Source of the DNA: Waddliaceae bacterium
GTDB lineage: Bacteria > Chlamydiota > Chlamydiia > Chlamydiales > SLFE01
Assembly (NCBI GenBank): GCA_963771045.1
Contig: CAVYRW010000004.1
Coordinates: 1,056,001-1,120,000, forward strand
Reading direction: 5' to 3'
Length of the DNA stretch: 64,000 nucleotides
Below are positions 41,641 to 50,821 of the stretch, one piece after another. Numbering within the stretch: position 1 is the stretch's first letter; every line of letters begins with the position of its first letter. A program made the position numbers and the translations under genes. The notes under the pieces were generated by a model. It made no database searches, was not told the origin of the DNA, and saw only the letters and a list, made by a program, of their open reading frames with translations.

Positions 41641-41739
41641 CAGAATCCTCATGTTAAAATTTAGGATTATCAGATCAACTGAGATGCCGCAACAAAAAAA
41701 TGCCAATATGTTATTTTACGAACAAAGGAGTCAAATTGC

Positions 41740-42249
41740 ATGAATAATGTCGCACATAGAATTATCGAGGCAAACGGGCCGTTTCCCAATAACCCTAAAT
41801 TGCCTCTTTTGCACTACAAAAAGGTGCTGCAAGACTACGACCCCAAAAAAATTCGAGAAGCCTTCGCCTCAAACGGCTGGATCAATTCCTGGGTGAACGG
41901 CATTTACTCATATCATCACTTTCACAGCAATACTCATGAGGCGATCGGCATATCGAGCGGATCTTGCCAAGTGCAGATTGGGGGAAGCGGCGGGCATGTG
42001 TTTACTTTGGAGGCCGGCGATGTCGTCATCATACCCGCCGGCGTCTCGCACAAAAATGTCGGCTCATCCGAACGTTTTACTTGCATTGGCTGCTACCCCA
42101 TTGACATTCCTTATGACATGCATGAGGGCAAAGAAGAAGAGCGTCCCGATGTGGACAAAAGAATTGCCAAAGTACCCCTTCCCGAGAAAGACCCTGTTTA
42201 CGGTGAATCCGGTCCGCTTCACCTGCATTGGAAATCTCCGAAGCTATGA
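41740..42249 (+). CDS. Cupin domain protein (YjlB-like)
   Basis: PNNPKLPLL, YHHFHSNTHE, GDVVIIPAGVSH, DPVYG. Confidence 0.9.
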   Translation: MNNVAHRIIEANGPFPNNPKLPLLHYKKVLQDYDPKKIREAFASNGWINSWVNGIYSYHHFHSNTHEAIGISSGSCQVQIGGSGGHVFTLEAGDVVIIPAGVSHKNVGSSERFTCIGCYPIDIPYDMHEGKEEERPDVDKRIAKVPLPEKDPVYGESGPLHLHWKSPKL

Positions 42250-42347
42250 ATTTCTCCTGCAATCTATTTGCTTGCAATGAAGACATGATGTAATATCGTC
42301 GCATGCATATCTTATAAATTAGACAAACAAAAAAAAGGAATGACACT

Positions 42348-43466
42348 ATGTCTTTTCAAAAAAATAGAACGTTCTTGAAAAGAAAATTGAGCAATGCTTT
42401 GACCTTAGGAATGACTTTTCTGACCCTGGCAGGGTCTGCCGCCTCGCTGCCCGCTGCCTATGATGCGTGCTGTCCCGATCCATGCGAGACAAACTGCTGT
42501 GATCTTTGTTCTTGCTGCATGCCCGACTTTGTTGTTTGGGCCGACTTCATTTACTGGCAGGTTCATCCGGAAGGGCTGCAGTTTGCCAGAACCGATGGGA
42601 TCAGTCCGGATACGGCGACTCCGCTTGAAATCCCGGGCCATATAAAATCGCCCGATTGCAAAACCGAAGCGGGATTCAGAGTGGGAACCATTGTCGACAT
42701 TGGTTGCTGTAACTGGGACGTTTTTGCTCAATACACATGGCTTCGCCCATGTTTGAGCAAACGAATCGTTAACAACTTGATTCCCGATAGCGAGGAGGGG
42801 AGCGTCGGAGATTTGCACCCGCTTATTTGGAACCTGGCAGAGGACCTTGCCGGCGATCAGGCTATCAGTGAAGCCAAAGCAACCTGGCAAAATTCATACA
42901 ATGTCCTTGATTTTGGCATGGGACGAACGTTTTCCGTCAATTGCTGCTTTGATTTTCGTCCGCACTTAGGATTCAAAGCCACGTGGCAGCAAATGAAGTA
43001 CAACGTGTACTATACCAACCAAACATCAACGACAGACTCTGAAAGCATTCATCTCCAAAACAAGACGGATTTTAATGGAATCGGTCTTCGCGGCGGTTTC
43101 AATGCAGCTTGGAGATTTACCCCATGCGTCAGTCTTGTCGGGGGAGTTGCCGTTGCTGCTGTCTGGTCGGATATTGAGGTCCACCGCAAAGATTTTTACG
43201 AGTCGGGAAAAGTGCTTGACTTAGAAGACTGTCATTGCGCGTTGATACCGGCAACTGAACTTCTGCTAGGAATCCGATATGACACGACCGTGTGTTCTTG
43301 CTATAACATATTTGTTTTTGCCGGATGGGAAAATCAAATCTGGTGGAATCTCAATCGATTCATCTTTGTCAGCAACAGCTCAGGGGAGAGCAACAGCTAC
43401 CAATTCGGTTCTCACGGAAATGTCACTTATCAAGGGTTGACAGTGAGAAGCGGATTGATGTTCTAA
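42348..43466 (+). CDS. Cys-rich Lpg1974-family / MOMP-like outer membrane beta-barrel
   Basis: Signal peptide, Cys-rich N-terminus, ADFIYWQ, GFRVG, RPHLGFK, FAGWENQIWWN, QGLTV and a C-terminal Phe. Confidence 0.85.
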   Translation: MSFQKNRTFLKRKLSNALTLGMTFLTLAGSAASLPAAYDACCPDPCETNCCDLCSCCMPDFVVWADFIYWQVHPEGLQFARTDGISPDTATPLEIPGHIKSPDCKTEAGFRVGTIVDIGCCNWDVFAQYTWLRPCLSKRIVNNLIPDSEEGSVGDLHPLIWNLAEDLAGDQAISEAKATWQNSYNVLDFGMGRTFSVNCCFDFRPHLGFKATWQQMKYNVYYTNQTSTTDSESIHLQNKTDFNGIGLRGGFNAAWRFTPCVSLVGGVAVAAVWSDIEVHRKDFYESGKVLDLEDCHCALIPATELLLGIRYDTTVCSCYNIFVFAGWENQIWWNLNRFIFVSNSSGESNSYQFGSHGNVTYQGLTVRSGLMF

Positions 43467-43469
43467 GTA

Positions 43470-43509
43470 AAAAAAGCCCCAGTTATTTTATTTTAACCGG
43501 GGCTTTTTT
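43470..43509. terminator. Bidirectional intrinsic terminator
   Basis: AAAAAAGCCCC...GGGGCTTTTTT immediately after the porin stop. Confidence 0.8.
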
Positions 43510-43617
43510 GATTTAGATTTTCTTGTTGTAGGTTGAGTTAATTTTTTCTAGAATCTCTTGCAATTTGGCATCAGCTTCTCTAACTTTTTGGAGTAACTCC
43601 TTACTAGTTGAAGTTCT

Positions 43618-44443
43618 GGTGGTCCATAACATGTAATGCTCAATTTTTGAATTGACATTGATTTCCTTGTGCGTTTTCCTTTGTTTCTAAAACGAATGGA
43701 GGACCCAAATGACACCCACTTGTCCTAACTGTAAATCCACCAGTATCAAAAAGAACGGCCATATTCACAGTGGAAAGCAAAATCATAGGTGTTTGTCTTG
43801 TGGAAGGCAATTCGTCATCGATCCTCAGCAAAAAATAATATCAGATGAGACAAAATCAAGAGTAAGACAGGCATTGCTTGAACGCGTTTCTCTCGAAGGT
43901 ATTTGTAGAATCTTTGACGTCAGCATGCCCTGGCTTTTGAATTTTATGAACAGAATAATCGAAGATCTTCCAGAAGATTTGAATGCGGATGTCACTGGAG
44001 AAGAAGAGTTTGAGGTAGCTATACTTGAGCTTGATGAACAGTGGAGCTATGTAGGAAAGAAAAAAAATCCAATATGGCTTTGGCTCGCATTTCATTCAGG
44101 TACACGACAGGTATTAGCTATGCATGTAGGAAAAAGAAATAAGCAAGCAGCAGAATCCTTATTAGCGAAGCTCCCCGAGGACTTAAAAAAAAAGCCGTCT
44201 TTTATACGGATAAGTTCTCAATCTACTACGAAGTCCTTCCTTGGGAACAACATCGCCCAGTCGGAAAGGAGTCAGGTAAGACAAGCTACATTGAGAGATT
44301 TAATAACACGCTCAGGCAGCGATGCTCAAGGCTAGTGAGAAAAACCCTTTCATTTTCAAAGAAAATTGAGAACCATATTGGCATGATAAAATATTTTATA
44401 TGTGACTATAACCAGAGAAAAGCATTACAAGTTTAGGACTACC
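43618..44443 (+). mobile_element. IS1-family insertion sequence
   Basis: TIRs GGTGGTCCATAACATGTAATGCT / AGCATTACAAGTTTAGGACTACC and an 8-bp TSD GAAGTTCT (43610-43617, 44444-44451). Confidence 0.95.
43709..44436 (+). CDS. IS1-family transposase expressed via -1 frameshift
   Basis: Zinc ribbon and ELDEQWSYV; A9 tract at 44185-44193; the -1 frame continues FYTD...YIERFNNTLRQR...TLSFSK to TAG at 44434-44436. Confidence 0.9.
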
Positions 44444-44701
44444 GAAGTTCTATTGAGTTCCTTGTCAATGAGTTCAACCTGATCCTGAGCGGCAATAATA
44501 GCTTTAGAGATTAAATCAAGAGTTGGCTTAGCTTGGAATAAAGTAAACTCTCTATTATTGAGAGCCAAACAAACTGTATTATTCATATCTTGAAACCATT
44601 TAAGAGTATTCTCTGCAGCTTCTTTTGATTTTTTTAAAAGCTCAACTTCGTCATTAGTAAATTCTTCAAATATATCGGCTAAATTTTTTGGTTTAGAATT
44701 A

Positions 44702-46099
44702 GGTAGTGTAATCTGAACTGTGTAAATTAAGTTGCAAGTGTATTATAGTAAATACCTTGTAAACAAGTAGAAGGAGGTTCCTCCCCCTGCAGGGGGAGGG
44801 GCGACAAATTTTTAATTTTAATTTACACAGGAACAACTTATGAAATTCTCAAAACTAAAAATCGATCTCGATAAAGAGTTGTCGAAATGCGAAACCATGG
44901 ACGACTTATGTGGCAAAAACGGCCTTTTACAAAGGTTGTTGGGTGGTATGGTAGAACAACTCCTTGAGAAGGAAATGGAAGAGCATATCGGCTATTCCAA
45001 ATACTCACCTGAAGGCCATCACACCGGCAACAGCCGCAATGGCAAGCTTTCAAAATCTGTCCAAAGTTCCTACGGTCCTCTCGATTTAGAGGTGCCCCGA
45101 GATAGGAATGGTGATTTTGAGCCAAAAATCGTCAAGAAACGGCAACGAAATATTACCTCATTCGATCAGAAAATCCTCTCCATGTATGCAAAGGGAATGA
45201 GCACCCGGGATATACAGGCTCATGTTCAGGAAATATATGGTGCTGAAATATCCCCTACGGCCGTATCCCATATCACGGAAAAGGCTTTAGAAGTCGCAAG
45301 AGAGTGGCAATCAAGACCGCTTGAAAAGATCTACGCTATTACCTATTTTGATGCTATTCATTATAAGGTTCGTGAAGATGGAAAGGTGGTTACAAAAGCT
45401 GTGTATACCTGCCTGGGAATCGATCTTGAGGGGCGAAAGGATGTTTTAGGTTTATGGATCGGTGAAAACGAAGGAGCCAAATTTTGGTTACGAGTTTTCA
45501 CAGAGCTTAAAAATAGAGGCGTTGACGACGTTTTAATTGCCTGTGTTGATGGCTTAAAAGGAATGCCGGAAGCAATTAATGCCGTGTTTCCCGAGACTGA
45601 GATTCAGTTATGCGTCATCCATTTGATCCGAAATTCGTTTAAATACATTCCTCATAAGCATTCGAAGGAATTTGTGTCGGATCTGAAAAACATCTATCGG
45701 GCTGAAACAGAAATTTTGGCTGAGGAAAACCTGCTTGTTCTGCAGGAAAAATGGGCAACAAGATACCCCTTAGCCGTCAATCCCTGGGCAGACAACTGGG
45801 ATAATATCCGAACCTTTTTTAAATACCCCGAAGAAATTCGACGTATTATTTATACTACAAATGCCGTAGAATCACTCCACAGGCAGTTTAGAAAGACTAC
45901 AAAAAGCCGTTCTGTCTTTCCAACAGACGACTCTCTTTTCAAATTGCTATTTTTAACTGTCTCGGGCTTATCCGAGAAATGGACAAAGCCTATCAAAGGC
46001 TGGATATCAGCAATATCTCAGTTTTCAATTCTGTTTGGCGACAGGATGAAAAAAGCGATGGGGCTGTAAATGAGTTTACACAGTTTATTTTACACCCTC
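44702..46099 (+). mobile_element. IS256-family insertion sequence
   Basis: Imperfect TIRs sharing GTGTAA....AACTGTGTAAA and an 8-bp TSD TAGAATTA (44694-44701, 46100-46107). Confidence 0.93.
44840..46069 (+). CDS. IS256-family transposase
   Basis: NSRNG, VPRDRNGDFEP, YFDAIHYKVR, CVDGLKG, QLCVIHLIRNS, YTTNAVES. Confidence 0.97.
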   Translation: MKFSKLKIDLDKELSKCETMDDLCGKNGLLQRLLGGMVEQLLEKEMEEHIGYSKYSPEGHHTGNSRNGKLSKSVQSSYGPLDLEVPRDRNGDFEPKIVKKRQRNITSFDQKILSMYAKGMSTRDIQAHVQEIYGAEISPTAVSHITEKALEVAREWQSRPLEKIYAITYFDAIHYKVREDGKVVTKAVYTCLGIDLEGRKDVLGLWIGENEGAKFWLRVFTELKNRGVDDVLIACVDGLKGMPEAINAVFPETEIQLCVIHLIRNSFKYIPHKHSKEFVSDLKNIYRAETEILAEENLLVLQEKWATRYPLAVNPWADNWDNIRTFFKYPEEIRRIIYTTNAVESLHRQFRKTTKSRSVFPTDDSLFKLLFLTVSGLSEKWTKPIKGWISAISQFSILFGDRMKKAMGL

Positions 46100-46255
46100 T
46101 AGAATTATTATTTTCAACGTTCATCTTTCTTCTCCTTTTTTCCCAATTTTTAGAATGTAACTTTTCATACCTTAAGAGGATTAAGATTCGATAAAGGATC
46201 ACAATCCAATCCTTTTACATTTATTTTCGTATTCGCTATCTAAAGAGGAAATAGG

Positions 46256-47488
46256 GTGAGTATGGGCAATAACAAATTAACAAAATCGGAAAGAAATTTC
46301 TTAATTTTTCTAGGCATTCCGGCCTTCGGCATTGGGCTGGCCTATAATTTAGTCACAACTTACCTTCCTTATTTTATCGAGAGGCTTTCCGGTGCTGCAA
46401 TCACCGGGATGATGATCAGCATAGAAGGTGTTATAGCGCTGTTCATTCCTTTTATCATAGGATTTTGGTCCGACTCAATCTCCACAAAATACGGCAAGCG
46501 CTTCCCATTTTTCTTTCTTGGTTTGTTCATCATTTCCTCCATGCTGATTGTGATGCCGTTCAGCAGCGAAAATTTAGCCCTGCTAGGTATAGAACTTTTC
46601 GTATTTTTTATCGGCTTTTTTACATTATACGAAGCTTATTACACTTTCTTCCCGGACCTGGTTCCTCAAAAAGAAAGGGGGATATCGCAGGGAATACAAG
46701 GGGGCTTCCGCGAATTCGGACTGCTGCTAGCAATGGCTGGAGGAGGGTTCCTCATCGACGTCTGGAAACCTTTGCCATTTCTCCTTTTCACATTTTTATT
46801 ACTCCTAGCATCGGCCATTTTTACCGCAAAATTTTTAAAAAAAACCAGGCATTCCGAAGACACGCAAAGTGTGAAATGGTATAGCGCATTGAAACTTGTT
46901 AAAAACCCGAAAATCAAACTATGGCTTATCGCCAATATTTTATGGGAAGCCGCTTTTGCTGCTATTAGAGTGTTTATTGTCCTCTACTTTACAAGGGGGC
47001 TTTCTTTTTCGCTGACTCAAAGTTCGGGAGCCTTAGCCCTTGTCGGGGCAGCCGCAATTGTGGCAGCTCCATTTGCAGGGTGGTTGGCAGATAAATACGG
47101 CCACAAACCGGTTATCCTGGGTTCTGTCGTATTATTTGCGATCGGCCTGATTCCGCCTTTATTTACGACCAACATCTATTTTGTTTCCGCCATCATGCCT
47201 ATTGCCTTCTCCGCAGTCGTATTAATGACCCTTCCATTTTCCATTCTAATGGGATATCTCCCCAAAGAAGAGCAACATGGAGTCGGCGCTGCTTTATACA
47301 GTTTCAGCCAGGGCGTAGGAGCCCTTATCGGGCCCTTACTCGGAGGAGTTAGCGTTGAATTATTTAAGAACGTTCCGGTTTTAGCCTTTGAAAGCACACA
47401 TGGATACTCAGCCATTTTTCTAGTAGCCAGCCTCCTTTTGTTTGCGAGTGTCCCTTTTTCGATCCGTCTTTTTCAGCCCCAGCAGTAA
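46256..47488 (+). CDS. MFS transporter (possibly sugar/GPH-like)
   Basis: About 12 hydrophobic segments; MFS motifs GFWSD...GKRFPF and GWLADKYGHK. Confidence 0.92.
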   Translation: MSMGNNKLTKSERNFLIFLGIPAFGIGLAYNLVTTYLPYFIERLSGAAITGMMISIEGVIALFIPFIIGFWSDSISTKYGKRFPFFFLGLFIISSMLIVMPFSSENLALLGIELFVFFIGFFTLYEAYYTFFPDLVPQKERGISQGIQGGFREFGLLLAMAGGGFLIDVWKPLPFLLFTFLLLLASAIFTAKFLKKTRHSEDTQSVKWYSALKLVKNPKIKLWLIANILWEAAFAAIRVFIVLYFTRGLSFSLTQSSGALALVGAAAIVAAPFAGWLADKYGHKPVILGSVVLFAIGLIPPLFTTNIYFVSAIMPIAFSAVVLMTLPFSILMGYLPKEEQHGVGAALYSFSQGVGALIGPLLGGVSVELFKNVPVLAFESTHGYSAIFLVASLLLFASVPFSIRLFQPQQ

Positions 47489-47559
47489 AAAATGTTTTCT
47501 TGCCTCAATATCAAGGCCTGGTTGATAATGTATAAGAATTTTCTTTTAGGAGGTTAGAA

Positions 47560-48141
47560 ATGGATTTACAATCTTTTGCACAGTTAGATTTGAATCTAAA
47601 AATTCTCAACCATTTGTTCAATCAAATGGAAACAGATGTTAACGTCACTTTTTGGGGATCGAGAATTGTCACAACCGGCGAATTCAGGGGATCGGCATAT
47701 CTAGCTGATTTTGCCGAACAGGTTTTGTGGTTTTCACGATTACCGGACAAGTCGGAATTGTCGCTTGAAGAGAGAGTAGCAGGTATCCAGCTAGTTGACA
47801 CGATTCGTAAGTCCTATCGAGAATCGGACAAGATTTTGGATAAATATCCTGTGAAAAAAGCATTTAACATTTTTTGGCAAATTACCGGATATGATAGGGA
47901 TGAAAAGGTTGTACTTCCCCTATCAACAAGATTATTTATTGAAGATGAAATCACTAGAAAGAGCTTTTTAAGTTTTACCGAAAAACAATTCCACAAAGAC
48001 TTTGGGGATCTACCCTTGCCATTTGGTTCCTTTATCGATGAAAAGAGCGGCAAGAGGCTTTATGTAGCGGATGAAGGGCTTATTAAGAAAAAATCAGAGT
48101 TGAAAACAAGCCTTGAGGATTTTTATACTGTTCTTACTTAA
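47560..48141 (+). CDS. Hypothetical protein
   Basis: 193-aa ORF with AGGAGG RBS; no motif recognised. Confidence 0.7.
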   Translation: MDLQSFAQLDLNLKILNHLFNQMETDVNVTFWGSRIVTTGEFRGSAYLADFAEQVLWFSRLPDKSELSLEERVAGIQLVDTIRKSYRESDKILDKYPVKKAFNIFWQITGYDRDEKVVLPLSTRLFIEDEITRKSFLSFTEKQFHKDFGDLPLPFGSFIDEKSGKRLYVADEGLIKKKSELKTSLEDFYTVLT

Positions 48142-48203
48142 GCCAGTAGATGAAGGAGACGCGTAATGCGCCAATTTAGACTAAAAAGGGATAGGTAAAT
48201 CGT

Positions 48204-48398
48204 CAGCAATTCCCGCTGGAGCTGAAATCGCTGAAACAGAATTAGTTAAAACAGCCTCTTTCGTAGAATCGGTCTCTAATTTAACCGATCTTGAACTATT
48301 TTTAACCACTGACTCTTTTATCGCTCCCCTAGAGGAAACGCTTGAATCGCATTCTTTTTCCATGAAGCTTGAGTCAGAATTTCCAGCGGGAATTGCTG
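48204..48398. mobile_element. 195-bp MITE related to the IS at 9784-11355
   Basis: Perfect 17-bp TIRs CAGCAATTCCCGCTGGA / TCCAGCGGGAATTGCTG and a 9-bp TSD GTAAATCGT (48195-48203, 48399-48407). Confidence 0.93.
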
Positions 48399-48538
48399 GT
48401 AAATCGTTAGATGGAGGATTCGCTCTTTTCTCCCATCTCTTATGTTTATAATCTAAGGTAATGTCTCAATATAAATTTATCAAATCTTAATACTAATTTG
48501 TTAAGTTGATATCAATTCATTAACAATAAGAGTATTAT

Positions 48539-49093
48539 ATGGGACAAAGATTTGAAAATATAAAAAACCTTCCTGGTCATTTTGGAGATGCTACGCTCGA
48601 TGCTGGCAAAGCCCTATGGGGCGGAGCCTGGACACCTGTAGCCGGAATAACATTGGGTCTTTGGGAAACAGCAAATAAGCAGGCCAATAAAACCTATCTC
48701 TCAGCGTCTGTTTTATCCCGGGTTTTTTCCGGAGTTATCAAGGTTATTAACCCTAAAGCAAATGTGATTGACACTGAGGATTCGGGCTGTTCATTTTTCA
48801 ACAATATTCCAGGTAAATTTTTAAATTTTGCTGTTGATTGCGCAGGTAGCGAATCATTTCTGACAAGATATGTGATTTCTCGAGGAGCTGCGACTCTCGG
48901 CGTACTTACGGCCGTTATTACAGGAATTGCGGATATGATTTTAGCGGTACCTACAACAGCCCTTGCCCTAATAACTTTTGGATGTTCTCCTAGAATCAAT
49001 AAAATCGCAGTCAATCAGCTAAGATTTCCTGAAGCCCTTCATTTCATTGGATCAGGCCTAAGGTTATTGGTGAATCCGCATCCACGTTATTAA
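48539..49093 (+). CDS. Hypothetical protein with C-terminal hydrophobic hairpin
   Basis: 184-aa ORF with long hydrophobic stretch GAATLGVLTAVITGIADMILAVPTTALALITFG. Confidence 0.7.
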   Translation: MGQRFENIKNLPGHFGDATLDAGKALWGGAWTPVAGITLGLWETANKQANKTYLSASVLSRVFSGVIKVINPKANVIDTEDSGCSFFNNIPGKFLNFAVDCAGSESFLTRYVISRGAATLGVLTAVITGIADMILAVPTTALALITFGCSPRINKIAVNQLRFPEALHFIGSGLRLLVNPHPRY

Positions 49094-49121
49094 TTTTCAT
49101 TAATCTGAGCTAAGGACTATA

Positions 49122-49234
49122 ACCCGTGATTGTGACCTAATCTGAGGCCAATCATCTACAGCTGAAGATCATCTTTCGATAAATTTCTCCTCCGGCATGT
49201 CTTAAGACATGCCTCTCGTCAAAATTTTCGAAAT
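49122..49234. repeat. Truncated copy of the IS982-related MITE
   Basis: TIR ACCCGTGATTGTGACCTAATCTGAGG followed by the reverse complement of about 9003-9092, including the palindrome GGCATGTCTTAAGACATGCC. Confidence 0.9.
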
Positions 49235-49269
49235 GAAATTAGATTATGCGAGTACGATTAGGAAACTTA

Positions 49270-49479
49270 ATGAAGCTGCCCGACCACTTGAGAAATGCTA
49301 CGCTCAATGCTGACAAAGCCCTATGGGCGGAGCCTGGACACCTGTAGCCGGAATAACATTGGGTCTTTGGAAAACAGCAAATAAGCAGGCCGATAAAACC
49401 TCTTTTTCACGGCGCGTTTTTCCTGAAATTTTTTAGGGGAGTTATCAAGGTTATTAACCCTAAAGTAAATGTGATTGAC
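49270..49479 (+). pseudogene. Degenerate partial tandem duplicate of the gene at 48539-49093
   Basis: Near-identical blocks such as GGCGGAGCCTGGACACCTGTAGCCGGAATAACATTGGGTCTTTGG and GGAGTTATCAAGGTTATTAACCCTAAAG, with indels. Confidence 0.85.
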
Positions 49480-49534
49480 GCTGATTTCGCAGGGAAATCG
49501 TCAAGTTTAAGAACTACCCCACGATGACGCAAAA

Positions 49535-50362
49535 TCAATGAAAATCAAGCTGATTTAGCTCATACACGGGAATTTCAGGATTAAAAAACATCGACCATTT
49601 ACTGAGATTTGACGTTGTGCGAATAAGATAATCGCCTTTAGAAAGCAATAAGCAATCCATGACAGCCTCTAAACCATGCTGGTAAGGGCTTTTAGCAGCG
49701 TAATGAAGGGGCTTGCCGTCTGTTGAGCGATTTACATTCGGAAGATAACAAACCTTTTCACCATAGGCATTTATCATATATTCAAGAAAGCTTTGCTCAT
49801 CAGTAGCCACGAATATTTTATAAGATTTTCTGGCATCATTTTGAATTACTTTATTAACTTGGTTTTTCGCCTCATCATATGGAACCGGAAACGACTCATG
49901 TTCAAACTTATCAGTTCCTCGATAATGAACGGAAATTACATAACTTCCATAAAAGTTTTCCCTTTCAAAGTCTTTTAACATATTGAGTATAAATGGCTTT
50001 ACATGTATATATTTATCAATGTAGGCCCTTGCTTGATCCCTAGTTAGTTGCCTATTAATCCAGGGCTTAGAGTGGGGGATATTCGCAAGAAGAAACACAA
50101 TTTCATCTTCAACATATCCCACTTGAACTGATTCGCAATAATACTCCCACCAGTTGTCTCCATAGTCCGGGTCATAGTAAAGCCCTTTTTTATCGAAGGC
50201 AATTTCAAAACCGGAAAAGTTTCCTTCCTCATATGAATGAATAAGGGAAAGAATTGTCATCCAACCGCTGAACATTCCAGAATTTCTTGATTGAAGAATC
50301 GCGTAATCTAATGCTTGTAAATTACTAAAAAACAACATGATAAATAGAAATAAATGTTTCAT
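49535..50362 (-). CDS. NodZ-like / GT23-type fucosyltransferase
   Basis: Fucosyltransferase motifs SVHYRGTDK, IFVATD and DCLLLSKGDYLIRTTSNLS; signal-peptide-like N-terminus. Confidence 0.8.
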   Translation of the reverse strand: MKHLFLFIMLFFSNLQALDYAILQSRNSGMFSGWMTILSLIHSYEEGNFSGFEIAFDKKGLYYDPDYGDNWWEYYCESVQVGYVEDEIVFLLANIPHSKPWINRQLTRDQARAYIDKYIHVKPFILNMLKDFERENFYGSYVISVHYRGTDKFEHESFPVPYDEAKNQVNKVIQNDARKSYKIFVATDEQSFLEYMINAYGEKVCYLPNVNRSTDGKPLHYAAKSPYQHGLEAVMDCLLLSKGDYLIRTTSNLSKWSMFFNPEIPVYELNQLDFH

Positions 50363-50434
50363 TTACGCCTCATATTTGCTATAATTTTCTTATCTATTTT
50401 ATAAAAAAAGGAATACTATAAAAATACAAAACTT

Positions 50435-50530
50435 TATTTTAGCCCCTTCATCGCTAATTTTATTGTCACTCAAGTCAATCTCAGTAATAATATTATCCGT
50501 AAAGGCTCAATAATCGCCAACTTTGACATA
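50435..50530 (-). pseudogene. Leucine-rich repeat (RI-like) remnant
   Basis: Minus strand reads VKVGDY*AFTDNIITEIDLSDNKISDEGAKI, fitting LxxLxLxxNxIxDxGA. Confidence 0.55.
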
Positions 50531-50821
50531 TGCATTGATGAAAAATTTAATTATCAGATTTTCAGAAACTTGTAAATTTGGAACGTCTGATAATATATAT
50601 TATGTTAATTTAATCGATCTATTACAAAGGCAATGGGCACGATTTTTCTTAAATTAACAACATTGGGACCGCTCTCAAACCTTAAATATTGTATCCGTTC
50701 ACGGGGTAACTCTAGGAACGGCTACCGCCTCGCGCGCTACCCCACAAAAATAATAAAAATTTTATACGGCATAAAATAAGATTTTTATTATTATTCTGGT
50801 TGTTCAAAACCACTTTATAAC

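Larger units (their letters stand above)
43513..46124 (-). pseudogene. 123-aa coiled-coil hypothetical gene disrupted by IS256 and IS1
   Basis: Segments 46124-46100, 44693-44444 and 43609-43513 join into a 372-nt stop-free ORF (MNVENNNSKPKNLADIFEEF...INSTYNKKI) with an AGGAG RBS. Confidence 0.85.

Noticed and set aside
48181..48363. 60-aa ORF
   Set aside because: Lies almost wholly inside the 195-bp MITE.
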